This document shows positions 56,405 through 64,000 of a stretch of DNA of 64,000 nucleotides, one piece after another. A program made the position numbers and the translations under genes. Every line of letters starts with the position of its first letter. Position 1 is the stretch's first letter. The notes beneath the pieces were generated by a model. That model was not told the origin of the DNA. It made no database searches and worked only from the letters and a program-made list of their open reading frames with translations. Source of the DNA: Planctomycetota bacterium (GTDB lineage: Bacteria; Planctomycetota; PLA2; JAEUHO01). The DNA lies in contig CAXQZU010000045.1 in the NCBI GenBank assembly GCA_964228555.1, positions 42,634 to 106,633 of the forward strand, written 5' to 3'.

Positions 56405-57694
56405 CTATCCGCCGGCGCGCGCGCCCGTGCCCGGGGCTTCGACGGGGGGCGGGCCCGCCAGCGGCAGCCCCGGCCCGGCGGCACCTGCGGCGAAGGCTGC
56501 GCGCACGCGCGCCTCGGCGGCGGCCAGCCGTGCGTCGCGCAGCCCACCGTGGGCGTCGAGCACCTCGCGCGTGGCCAGCAGGGCCTCGGTGAAGCCCTGG
56601 GCGCCGGCCAGCATTCGCTGGCGCTCGCTGCCGGCAAGCGCCTGCGCGGCGGCAAGGCGCGCTGCCGCGGCCTGCACGCGTGCCTCGGCGGCCTGCCACT
56701 GCGCGCGCAGCGCCTGCGCCTCGGCCAGGGCCGCCAGCACGGTGCCGCGTACGCGGCTGCGCGCCGCCTCCAGTCGCGCGAAGGCCGCGCGCACCTCCTC
56801 CCCGGCAGCGAGCGGCAGTCGCAGCTGCACGGCACCGAAGAAGGTGCTGGGGTCGAGCACCAGCGAGGGCGAGAGCACGAGGCCCGGGTCGCGCGCGGCC
56901 TGCGCCTGCAGCACCTCGCCGCGCGCCACCTCGTAGGCCGCCAGCGCCCGCTGCACGCCGGGATGGACAGCCAGCAGCGCAGCCGGCCCGGCCGTGGGCA
57001 CCGCGGGCCAGCCGGAGGCCGGGGGCTGCAGCACGGGTGCCGTGCCGGCCGGCGCGCCCACGCGCACGCCCACGCGCAGCGCATGGCCCAGCTGCTCCGC
57101 CGCGCGTGCGGCCTCGTCGGCTGCCCACGCGGCGCGGTCGGCCTCGAGCAGGGCCTGCACGGCCGCCGGCGCCAGCCCGGCCTGCACCAGGCCCGCGGCG
57201 TCCAGCGGCGGCGGGGCCTCCAGCGGCTCGGCCAGCGCTGCCTCGCGGGCATAGGCGCGCGCCAGATCCTCGGCCGCCTCGCGTGTGCGGGCTGCCAGCT
57301 CGCGGCCGGCCTCGTCCCGGCGCAGGCGTGCCAGCACGCGCTCGGCGCGCGCGGGGCCCTGCCCCAGCACGGCCAGCAGGTCCAGCGTGAGCACGCCCTC
57401 GGGACGCCGGTCGGTCTCGGTGCCCGCACTGGCCTCCAGCGCGCCCGGCGAGGGCGCGGCCACGCCCGCGGCCGCCGCACGTGCGGCGGCCAGCGAGGGG
57501 TCGTGGGCGAGCGTGCGCGCCAGCGCCTCGTCCCACGCCAGCGGGCCGTCCAGCGCCGGGGCCTCGCTCGCCGCCAGCGAGGCCGGCTCGAGCGTCGCGC
57601 CCGGCAGCGGGCGTGCGCAGCCGCCGCCGGCGGCGGCCATGGCCATGGCCAGCACGCCGGCGAGGTGCAGCGGAAGGGTCGCGCGCGCGATCAC
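56405..57694 (-). CDS. outer membrane efflux protein (TolC/CzcC-like OMF), lipoprotein
   Basis: GTG start overlaps the upstream stop (GTGA). The signal and lipobox-like segment is LAGVLAMAMAAAGGGC. The Ala-rich coiled-coil repeats are typical of OEP family proteins. Confidence 0.65.
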   Translation of the reverse strand: MIARATLPLHLAGVLAMAMAAAGGGCARPLPGATLEPASLAASEAPALDGPLAWDEALARTLAHDPSLAAARAAAAGVAAPSPGALEASAGTETDRRPEGVLTLDLLAVLGQGPARAERVLARLRRDEAGRELAARTREAAEDLARAYAREAALAEPLEAPPPLDAAGLVQAGLAPAAVQALLEADRAAWAADEAARAAEQLGHALRVGVRVGAPAGTAPVLQPPASGWPAVPTAGPAALLAVHPGVQRALAAYEVARGEVLQAQAARDPGLVLSPSLVLDPSTFFGAVQLRLPLAAGEEVRAAFARLEAARSRVRGTVLAALAEAQALRAQWQAAEARVQAAAARLAAAQALAGSERQRMLAGAQGFTEALLATREVLDAHGGLRDARLAAAEARVRAAFAAGAAGPGLPLAGPPPVEAPGTGARAGG

Positions 57695-58209
57695 TTGTGG
57701 GCGTGCCCTTCGCCCTCGAGCGGGGCCTGGAAGGTCTTGCCACCGAGCATGAGGCGGACGCGGCCTTCCCACGGGTCGCACTTGAGCGCGTCCGACTGTG
57801 CCTTCCAGTGCGGCGCGGTGCCGTCGGGCAGGCCGTCCACCGGGGTGAGCGGCACGTCGATGGGCCCGGCCTTGGACTGCACGGTCAGCACGGGCCGCGC
57901 CACGGGCACCGGCTTGTCGATCGTGGGCCCGTAGACGTAGAAGCCGATGTTGCCGCCGTCGTGGTCGTGCAGGATCTCGATGTGGCCCTCCTCGGCGCCG
58001 AGGACCTGGATCTCGCCACCATGCGGCGCGCTGTGGTCGTGGGCGTGGTCGGCCTGTGCCGGCGGCGTGGTGCCGGTGCCGCCGGCGCTGGGCGCCTCCT
58101 GCGCGCCGCATCCGGCGAGCAGCATGGCAAGCGCGAGCGGGGCGAGCGGGGCCCGTGCGTGGTGGCCGCGCTGGGTGCTGGGCGATGTGGGGTCAGTCGT
58201 TCGGGGCAT
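57691..58209 (-). CDS. His-rich periplasmic lipoprotein (candidate metallochaperone)
   Basis: Start MPRTT has GGAG upstream and the lipobox is LLAGC. His clusters are ADHAHDHSAPHGG, HIEILHDHDGG and the C-terminal EGEGHAHK. Confidence 0.6.
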   Translation of the reverse strand: MPRTTDPTSPSTQRGHHARAPLAPLALAMLLAGCGAQEAPSAGGTGTTPPAQADHAHDHSAPHGGEIQVLGAEEGHIEILHDHDGGNIGFYVYGPTIDKPVPVARPVLTVQSKAGPIDVPLTPVDGLPDGTAPHWKAQSDALKCDPWEGRVRLMLGGKTFQAPLEGEGHAHK

Positions 58210-61200
58210 GGGGGGCTCCAGGGGACGGGGGAACGGGGTGGGAAGGCAGGCCGGCCGTGGCGTCCGGCGCGGCACGGGCGCCGGGCAGGGCGAGGCCGAG
58301 GTCCTCGACCAGCTGCTCCTCGACCCGGTCGCGCCGCGGCGGCCGGGCGGCGTGGCGCTCGGCCGCGCGCCGGCCCAGCAGCAGGAACAGGCCGGGCGTG
58401 ACCAGAAGGTCCAGCAGCGTGCTCGACACCAGCCCGCCGAGGATCACGGTGGCCACCGGGTAGATCAGCTCGCGGCCGGGGCGGTCGGGCGTGAGCGCGA
58501 TGGGCACCAGGGCGATGCCGGCGGTGAGCGCGGTCATCAGCACGGGCACCAAGCGCTGCTTGCCGGCCTCCAGCACGGTCTCCACGCCGAAGGGGCGACC
58601 CTCCTCGCGGATCAGGTGCAGGTAGTGGTCCACCAGCAGGATGCAGTTGCGCGCCGCGATGCCGGCCAGCGACACGAGGCCGACGAGGACCGCGATCGAC
58701 ACGCTCTGGCCGGTCATCACCACCGCGGCCACCGCGCCCACCAGCGCCATGGGGATGCTGGCCAGCACCTGCAGGGCGAGGTTGGCCGAGCGGTAGTGCG
58801 CCACGAGGATGCCGAACATCGCCAGCAGGGCGATGGCCGAGAGCAGCACGATGCGTCGCGCCGCGGCTTGCTGGGCCTCGAACTGGCCCGAGATGCGCAG
58901 GCTGTAGCCGGGGCCCAGGCGCGCCTCCAGCGGGGCCAGCGCGGCGCGCACGTCGCGCACCACGTCGCCCAGCGCGCGGCCCTCCACGTTGTGCTTGACC
59001 ACGATGCGCCGCGACCCGGCCTCGCGGTTGACGGTGGTGGGCGTCCAGCCCATGCGCACGTCGGCCACCTCCTGCACGAGGGCGCGCGCCCCGTCCGGGC
59101 CATGCACCACCAGCCGCCCGATGCGCCCGAGGTCGGCGCGGTCCTCGGGCTTGAGGCGCAGCACGACCGGCACGGGCAGGGCACCCGTGAGCAGGCGGTC
59201 CACTTCCTCGCCCTCCAGCGCGTGCTCCACCGTGGTGGCAAGGTCTTGCACGCGCAGGCCCCGCCGCGCGAGGTCGTCGCGCCGCGGCGCGACCTCGACG
59301 CGGCGCACCAGCACCTGCGGCTCGACGGCGAGGTCGGCCACGCCGGGCACGCCGGCCAGCGCGGCCTGCGCCTCGCCGGCCAGCACGCGCAGGCGCTGGA
59401 GGTCGTCGCCGAAGATCTTGACGGCCACCTGCGCGTTCACGCCCGAGAGCATGAACGAGAGCAGGTGCGCCAGCGGCTGCTCCACCTCGGTGGTCACGCC
59501 GGGCAGCTCCGCGGCGAGGCGCTGGCGGATGTCGTGGATCACCTCGTCACGGGTGCGCCCCGACTGCGTGTCGAAGGTGACGGTGGCGTGCGTGAGGAAC
59601 ACGCCCTCGGCGTGCTCGTCGCCCTCGCCGCGGCCCGTGGTGCGGCCCACGCCCGCCACGCCCGGCACCTCGCCCAGCACCTGCTCCAGGCGCCGGCCGA
59701 AGGCGTCGCTGGTCTCCAGGCTCACGCCCGGCGGCAGGCTCATCAGCACCTGGGCCGTGCCCTCGTTGAAGGGCGGCAGGAACTCGCTGCCGCGCGTGGC
59801 CAGCACCACGCCGCCCGCGAGCGCCAGCGCGGCCGTGACGGCCCCGATGGCCACCGGGTGGCGGCAGGAGAAGGCCATCAGGCGCCCGCCCACGGCCTTC
59901 ACGTGCCGCACGGAGATCGGGTCGTCCTTGCGCTCGGTGGCCCTCGCGCGGGGCAGCAGCCACGCGGCCAGCACGGGCGTGACGGTGAGCGAGACCAGCA
60001 GCGAGGCCAGGATGCTCACCACGTAGGCCACGCCGATGGGGGTGAAGAGGCGGCCCTCCATGCCCGAGAGCGCGAACAGCGGCGTGTAGACCACCACCAC
60101 CAGCAGCGTGCCCACGAGGATGGGCTGGCGCACCTCGCTGGAGGCGCGGTAGACCACGCGCAGCGGGTGCAGTGGCTGGGGCAGGGCGCGGTTCTCGCGC
60201 AGGCGGCGGAAGATGTTCTCCACGTCCACGATGGCGTCGTCCACCAGCACGCCGATGGCCACGGCCAGGCCACCCAGCGTCATGGTGTTGATGGACAGGT
60301 CGAAGAGCGCGAAGACCAGCGCGGTGATGCCCACCGAGAGCGGGATGGCGGTGAGCGTGATGAGGGTGGTGCGCAGGTTGAGCAGGAACAGGAACAGCAC
60401 CGCCAGCACGAGCAGGGCGCCGTCGCGCACGGCCTCGCCGACGTTCTCCATCGCGCGCTGCACGAAGCCGGCCTGCGCGAAGATGGTGGGCACCACCTCG
60501 ATGCCCTTGGGCAGCGAGGGGGCCAGGGCGGCCAGCTCGGCGTGCACGGCCTCCGTCAGCTCCACGGTGTCCACGTGGGGCTGCTTGAACACCACCAGCA
60601 CCACGCCGGGCTTGCCGTCGATGCCGGCCTCGCCCACGCGCACGGCCGCCGGGCCGTAGCGCACCTCGGCCACGTCGGCGGTGCGCACGGGCCGCGCCGG
60701 GCCGGCCCGCACCACGGCCGAGGCCAGCTCGGCGGGCTGCACCACGAGGCCGGGCACGCCCACCTCGGGGCCCTCGCCGGCCACGGGCAGCACGCCGCCC
60801 GAGGCCGAGTGGTTGGCAGCGCGCACGGCCTCGGCCAGCTCGGCCAGTGCCACGTCATGGTGCTCGAGCGCACGGGCGTCCGCGATCACCTGCACCTGCC
60901 GCGGCGCGCCGCCGATCACCACCACCTGCGCCACGCCGGGCAGCGAGCGCACGCGCGGCTTGACCAGCGTGTCGGCCCAGCGGCGCAGCTCGTCGCGGTC
61001 GATGGACGGGTCGCCGGCGCGCAGGCCGAGGTAGAGCACCTGTCCCACGATGCTGCTCACGGGCGTGAGCTCGGGCACCACGTCGGGCGGCAGGCTGCTG
61101 CGCGCGGTCGCCAGGCGTTCCTGCACCACCTGCCGGTTGCGGTAGAGGTCGCTGCCCCAGCCGAACTCCACGAGCACGGTGGACAGGCCGGGGCTGGACG

Positions 61201-61459
61201 AGGAGCGCACGGTCTCCACGCCCGTCACGCCGTTGACCGCGCTCTCGATGGGGCGCGTGACGAGGCGTTCGACCTCCTCGGCCACCAGCCCATGGGCCTC
61301 GGCCATGATCGTGACGCGCGGGCGGTCGAGGTCGGGCAGCACGTCCACCGGCAGGCCGAGGGCCACCAGCGTGCCCACCACGGCCACGACGAGGGCCAGC
61401 GCCGCCACGGCGGTGCGGGCGCGCAGGCTGCCGGCGATGACACGATCGAGGTCGAGCAT
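58193..61459 (-). CDS. heavy-metal efflux RND transporter, CzcA/CusA family
   Basis: 1088 aa with 12-TM RND architecture. N-terminus ...LPVDVLPDLDRPRVTIMAEAHGLVAEEVERLVTRPIE and blocks such as AIGVLVDDAIVDVENIF are typical of the HME-RND family. Confidence 0.9.
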   Translation of the reverse strand: MLDLDRVIAGSLRARTAVAALALVVAVVGTLVALGLPVDVLPDLDRPRVTIMAEAHGLVAEEVERLVTRPIESAVNGVTGVETVRSSSSPGLSTVLVEFGWGSDLYRNRQVVQERLATARSSLPPDVVPELTPVSSIVGQVLYLGLRAGDPSIDRDELRRWADTLVKPRVRSLPGVAQVVVIGGAPRQVQVIADARALEHHDVALAELAEAVRAANHSASGGVLPVAGEGPEVGVPGLVVQPAELASAVVRAGPARPVRTADVAEVRYGPAAVRVGEAGIDGKPGVVLVVFKQPHVDTVELTEAVHAELAALAPSLPKGIEVVPTIFAQAGFVQRAMENVGEAVRDGALLVLAVLFLFLLNLRTTLITLTAIPLSVGITALVFALFDLSINTMTLGGLAVAIGVLVDDAIVDVENIFRRLRENRALPQPLHPLRVVYRASSEVRQPILVGTLLVVVVYTPLFALSGMEGRLFTPIGVAYVVSILASLLVSLTVTPVLAAWLLPRARATERKDDPISVRHVKAVGGRLMAFSCRHPVAIGAVTAALALAGGVVLATRGSEFLPPFNEGTAQVLMSLPPGVSLETSDAFGRRLEQVLGEVPGVAGVGRTTGRGEGDEHAEGVFLTHATVTFDTQSGRTRDEVIHDIRQRLAAELPGVTTEVEQPLAHLLSFMLSGVNAQVAVKIFGDDLQRLRVLAGEAQAALAGVPGVADLAVEPQVLVRRVEVAPRRDDLARRGLRVQDLATTVEHALEGEEVDRLLTGALPVPVVLRLKPEDRADLGRIGRLVVHGPDGARALVQEVADVRMGWTPTTVNREAGSRRIVVKHNVEGRALGDVVRDVRAALAPLEARLGPGYSLRISGQFEAQQAAARRIVLLSAIALLAMFGILVAHYRSANLALQVLASIPMALVGAVAAVVMTGQSVSIAVLVGLVSLAGIAARNCILLVDHYLHLIREEGRPFGVETVLEAGKQRLVPVLMTALTAGIALVPIALTPDRPGRELIYPVATVILGGLVSSTLLDLLVTPGLFLLLGRRAAERHAARPPRRDRVEEQLVEDLGLALPGARAAPDATAGLPSHPVPPSPGAPHAPND

Positions 61460-61462
61460 GGC

Positions 61463-63130
61463 CTAGTGCTCGTGCCCGTGGCCCGCGTCGCCGCCCTCGC
61501 TGGCCAGCAGCGCGATGGCCAGCGCGGGTGCGCCCCGCAGCACCAGCTGGTCGCCGGGGAACAGCGCCCCGTCGGCGGCCACCACGGCCACCTCGGCGTC
61601 GTGGTGCTCGAGCCGCACGGCCACGGGGCGGAAGGAGGAGCCGTCCACGAGCAGCACCACGGCCTCGGCCGCCCGGTAGGCGATCGCGTCGGCCGGCAGC
61701 ACGAAGCGCCCCGGCAGGGAGCGCAGCGGCACGCGCACGCCGTAGCGCGCACCGGGCCGCAGCGCCCAGCTGCGCTGGCCGGGGTCCTGCCCCGGCAGGG
61801 CCGTGTTGGGCACCTGCGCGTGGCCGGCCACGCGCGGCGCGCCCGTCGTCTCGGGGCCCGTCGCCTCGGCGCCCACGCGCAGCAGGCGCACGCCGGCGAG
61901 GGCCGGCCCCGAGCCGCGCACCAGCGGTGCGGCCTCCAGCGCCGTGCCCGCGGCGAGCACCGACTCCAGCGCCGGCAGGTCGCCGGGCGCGGGCGCCAGC
62001 AGCAGCCCGGCCACGGAGGCGTCGTGCAGCACCAGCAGGCGCTCGCCGGCCTGCACGCGCTGCCCCGGCCGCACTTCCACGCGCTCCACGTCCAGCCCGC
62101 TGGCGGGACCGGCGGGCACCGTCACGCGCACCACCGGCTCCAGCGCGCCGGCGCGGGCCAGCACGCCCAGCGCCTCGGGCGTGACGCCCGACTGCAGCAG
62201 GCCTGCGGCCTCCAGCAGGCGCTCGCCCAGCCCCGGGGTGGCCTGCACGGCCGCCACCAGCGCGGGCGTCAGGCGTCCCGTGCCGGCCAGCTCGCCCAGC
62301 ACGGCCACGCTGTGGGGCAGCTCGCGCGCGGCGGCGGGCAGCAGCGCCAGCAGCTGCCCGGCCTCGGGCGACCACAGCCGGTTGCGCTCCAGCACGCGCT
62401 GCACGTCGCGCGCGTCCGGCACCGGCACGTCGGCCGCACCGGCCACCAGCGACTGGACCTGCGCCTCCGTCATGCCGTGGCGCTCGGCCTCGTGGGTGGC
62501 GCTCTCCAGCGCAAGGCGCGCGCGGCGCAGCGCGGCGTCGCCGTCCCGCACGGCGCGCGCCATGGCCGGGTCGGGCGCGGGCCCTGCCAGCGCCAGCAGG
62601 CGCGCCTGCTCGCTGCGCGCCAGCTCCAGCTCCAGCGCGGTGCGTCGCACCTGCACGGCCGCCTCGTGGTGCTCCTCGTTGAGGGGCTTGACGATGGCCT
62701 CGGTGAGCGCCAGCGTGGGGGCAGGGAAGGGATCGCGCAGCAGCTCGACCAGCAGCTCGCCCTCGCGCACGGGCTGGCCGGGCCGCGCGGCCACCGCGCG
62801 CACCACGCCCGCCACCGGCGCGTGCACCGGCCGGTCGCTGCCCGGCAGGCGTTCCACCGTCGCCGGCACCTCGACGTGCTGCACCCAGTCGCCTAGGCGC
62901 GCCTCGCCTGTCTCGACGCCGAGGTGGGCCAGCGCGCGCGCGCTGAGCGTGCGCGGCGCGGCGTGGCCTTCCTCGTGCTCGTCCCCGTGGCCGTGGCCTC
63001 CGGCCTCGTGGTCCTGCCACGCGCTGGCCAGGCCGCCGAGCAGGCCGGCCGCGAACACGGCGAGGAGCACCAAGGCTGCGCCCAGCGCGCGGGCACGACC
63101 GCCCGGGGATGCTGCGGGAACCGGATCCAT
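61463..63130 (-). CDS. RND membrane fusion (periplasmic adaptor) protein with His-rich termini
   Basis: 555 aa with an N-terminal TM anchor. His-rich segments lie at both ends (HEAGGHGHGDEHEEGH and GGDAGHGHEH). It has lipoyl/barrel-sandwich-like motifs (VHAPVAGVVRAV...GQPVREGELLVEL). It ends 3 nt before the RND gene. Confidence 0.8.
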   Translation of the reverse strand: MDPVPAASPGGRARALGAALVLLAVFAAGLLGGLASAWQDHEAGGHGHGDEHEEGHAAPRTLSARALAHLGVETGEARLGDWVQHVEVPATVERLPGSDRPVHAPVAGVVRAVAARPGQPVREGELLVELLRDPFPAPTLALTEAIVKPLNEEHHEAAVQVRRTALELELARSEQARLLALAGPAPDPAMARAVRDGDAALRRARLALESATHEAERHGMTEAQVQSLVAGAADVPVPDARDVQRVLERNRLWSPEAGQLLALLPAAARELPHSVAVLGELAGTGRLTPALVAAVQATPGLGERLLEAAGLLQSGVTPEALGVLARAGALEPVVRVTVPAGPASGLDVERVEVRPGQRVQAGERLLVLHDASVAGLLLAPAPGDLPALESVLAAGTALEAAPLVRGSGPALAGVRLLRVGAEATGPETTGAPRVAGHAQVPNTALPGQDPGQRSWALRPGARYGVRVPLRSLPGRFVLPADAIAYRAAEAVVLLVDGSSFRPVAVRLEHHDAEVAVVAADGALFPGDQLVLRGAPALAIALLASEGGDAGHGHEH

Positions 63131-63184
63131 TTTCCACCTCCTGCCACGAGACGAGGGACTGCGAGAGCACGGGCTCGCAAGGCC

Positions 63185-63625
63185 TCAGCGCAGCAGGACG
63201 GTGGGCTCCTCCTCGCACGCCACGCGCGGCGGCCGGGGGCGCGGGCCCTCGGGGGCACCCGCGAGGCGCGGCTCGGCGCGCCTGGGGGCCGCGCCGGCAT
63301 CCAGCGCCATCACGGCGGGCGGCACCAGCGTCACGCGCGCCAGCGAGAGGCCGGGCACGGCAGGGGCGTCGTCGCAGTGGCAGTGAGGAGCACCCGTGCC
63401 CGGGCCGGGCAGGTGGTCGTGGCCGCAGGTCGATGCGGCGCGCTGGCCGGGACAGGCCGGCGACGGCGCGTGGGGCTCGGCGTGCTCGCGATCGTGGTCG
63501 TGCTCGAGGCCCGGCAGCCACAGGGCGCCGTGCCCTGCCTCGGCCGAGGCCACGATGCGCCACGGTGCCAGGCCCAGCACGAGGGCCACCGCCAGCACGC
63601 AGGAGACAAGCCAGCCGCGCAGCAT
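63185..63625 (-). CDS. small secreted His/Cys-rich protein
   Basis: Counted from the internal ATG (MLRGWLVSCVLAVALVLGLAP...). Metal-ligand-rich stretches are LEHDHDREHAEPH, CPGQRAASTCGHDH and HCHCDD. It is the first gene of the efflux string. Confidence 0.5.
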   Translation of the reverse strand: MLRGWLVSCVLAVALVLGLAPWRIVASAEAGHGALWLPGLEHDHDREHAEPHAPSPACPGQRAASTCGHDHLPGPGTGAPHCHCDDAPAVPGLSLARVTLVPPAVMALDAGAAPRRAEPRLAGAPEGPRPRPPRVACEEEPTVLLR

Positions 63626-63704
63626 CGGCGGGAGGCTAGCAGTCGCCCAGCCCCCTGCCGAGAAGCAAGGAGTGCTGTGGGGGCGGGTAGCCTCGTGGGC
63701 CGCG

Positions 63705-64000
63705 ATGAGCACGCCCTCCACGCAACGGCCCGTCGCCCTGCACGAGCCGCCGCCGCGTGGATGGCGGCGTGCCGCCCTCGTGCTCGGGCCGCTGGGCGTC
63801 ACGCTGGTGGCGTGGGCGGTGCTGTGGGCGGTGGGCGGCGCCACGGTGGCCAACGAGAGCCTCGTGGCCGCGGGGCTGTTCCTGACCATCGTGGGGGCCA
63901 CCGTGATCCTGGGCCCGGCCGTGGTCGGGCAGGACTACGGGTTCGGCCACCTGACCACATGGCAGCTGGTGGGCGTCACCAGCTTCATGACGGTGGTCAC
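63705..64000 (+). CDS. hypothetical membrane protein, N-terminal part (runs off the right edge)
   Basis: ATG at about 63705. Translation is MSTPSTQRPVALHEPPPRGWRRAALVLGPLGVTLVAWAVLWAVGG...LFLTIVGATVILGPAVV... It has hydrophobic helices and high GC3 and is open to the window end. Confidence 0.4.
   Translation, partial: MSTPSTQRPVALHEPPPRGWRRAALVLGPLGVTLVAWAVLWAVGGATVANESLVAAGLFLTIVGATVILGPAVVGQDYGFGHLTTWQLVGVTSFMTVV

Noticed and set aside
57947-62896. 1649-aa plus-strand ORF
   Set aside because: It is antisense to the RND transporter and MFP genes, which have unambiguous family signatures. It contains no motifs.

Overview
This is a very GC-rich bacterial chromosomal segment. I did not compute the composition. 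Kilobase-long spurious antisense ORFs across the six-frame track are the usual signature of such DNA. The window is densely packed with about 57 protein genes and 2 tRNAs.

Most of it is core metabolism and information processing:
- PaaZ-like aldehyde dehydrogenase, tRNA-Cys and tRNA-Leu, asnS, ruvA, murA, ffh, rpsP and maf
- rpmE, prfA, prmC, purQ, a PurS-fused purL, accA, moaD/moaE, wecB and a U32-family protein

These are interspersed with TPR, HEAT and PDZ proteins and secreted lipoproteins.

Three regions look accessory:
1. An eight-gene minus-strand string at 53.7-63.6 kb. It joins a heavy-metal RND pump (MFP, CzcA/CusA-like, OMF) to a MacB/FtsX-type ABC module and three His/Cys-rich secreted proteins.
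2. A seven-gene string at 33.1-38.5 kb, moaD-moaE-PDRP kinase-2x(ABC ATPase + ABC-2 permease). Six of the genes are chained by 4-nt start/stop overlaps.
3. A large compositionally atypical lipoprotein gene behind a near-consensus sigma54 promoter.

The most concrete overlooked item is a SelW/Rdx-like selenoprotein gene at 5879-6115. It has an in-frame TGA in a CxxU motif and a SECIS-like hairpin. Standard ORF calling truncates it after 10 codons.

TAG is the majority stop codon in my gene calls. Three convergent gene pairs share a palindromic CTAG double stop.

I saw no CRISPR array, IS element, integrase, prophage or recognisable defence gene. I cannot point to a clear-cut novel system. The metal-efflux composite and the PDRP/ABC string are the best candidates, and both rest on inference from gene context.

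Gene content (a TPR protein with RpoA alpha-CTD domains, prenyltransferase-repeat proteins) hints at a Planctomycetota- or Myxococcota-like organism, with low confidence.

Start coordinates were derived from the supplied ORF track by residue counting. Coordinates of small nucleotide motifs were read by eye and may be off by 1-2 nt.
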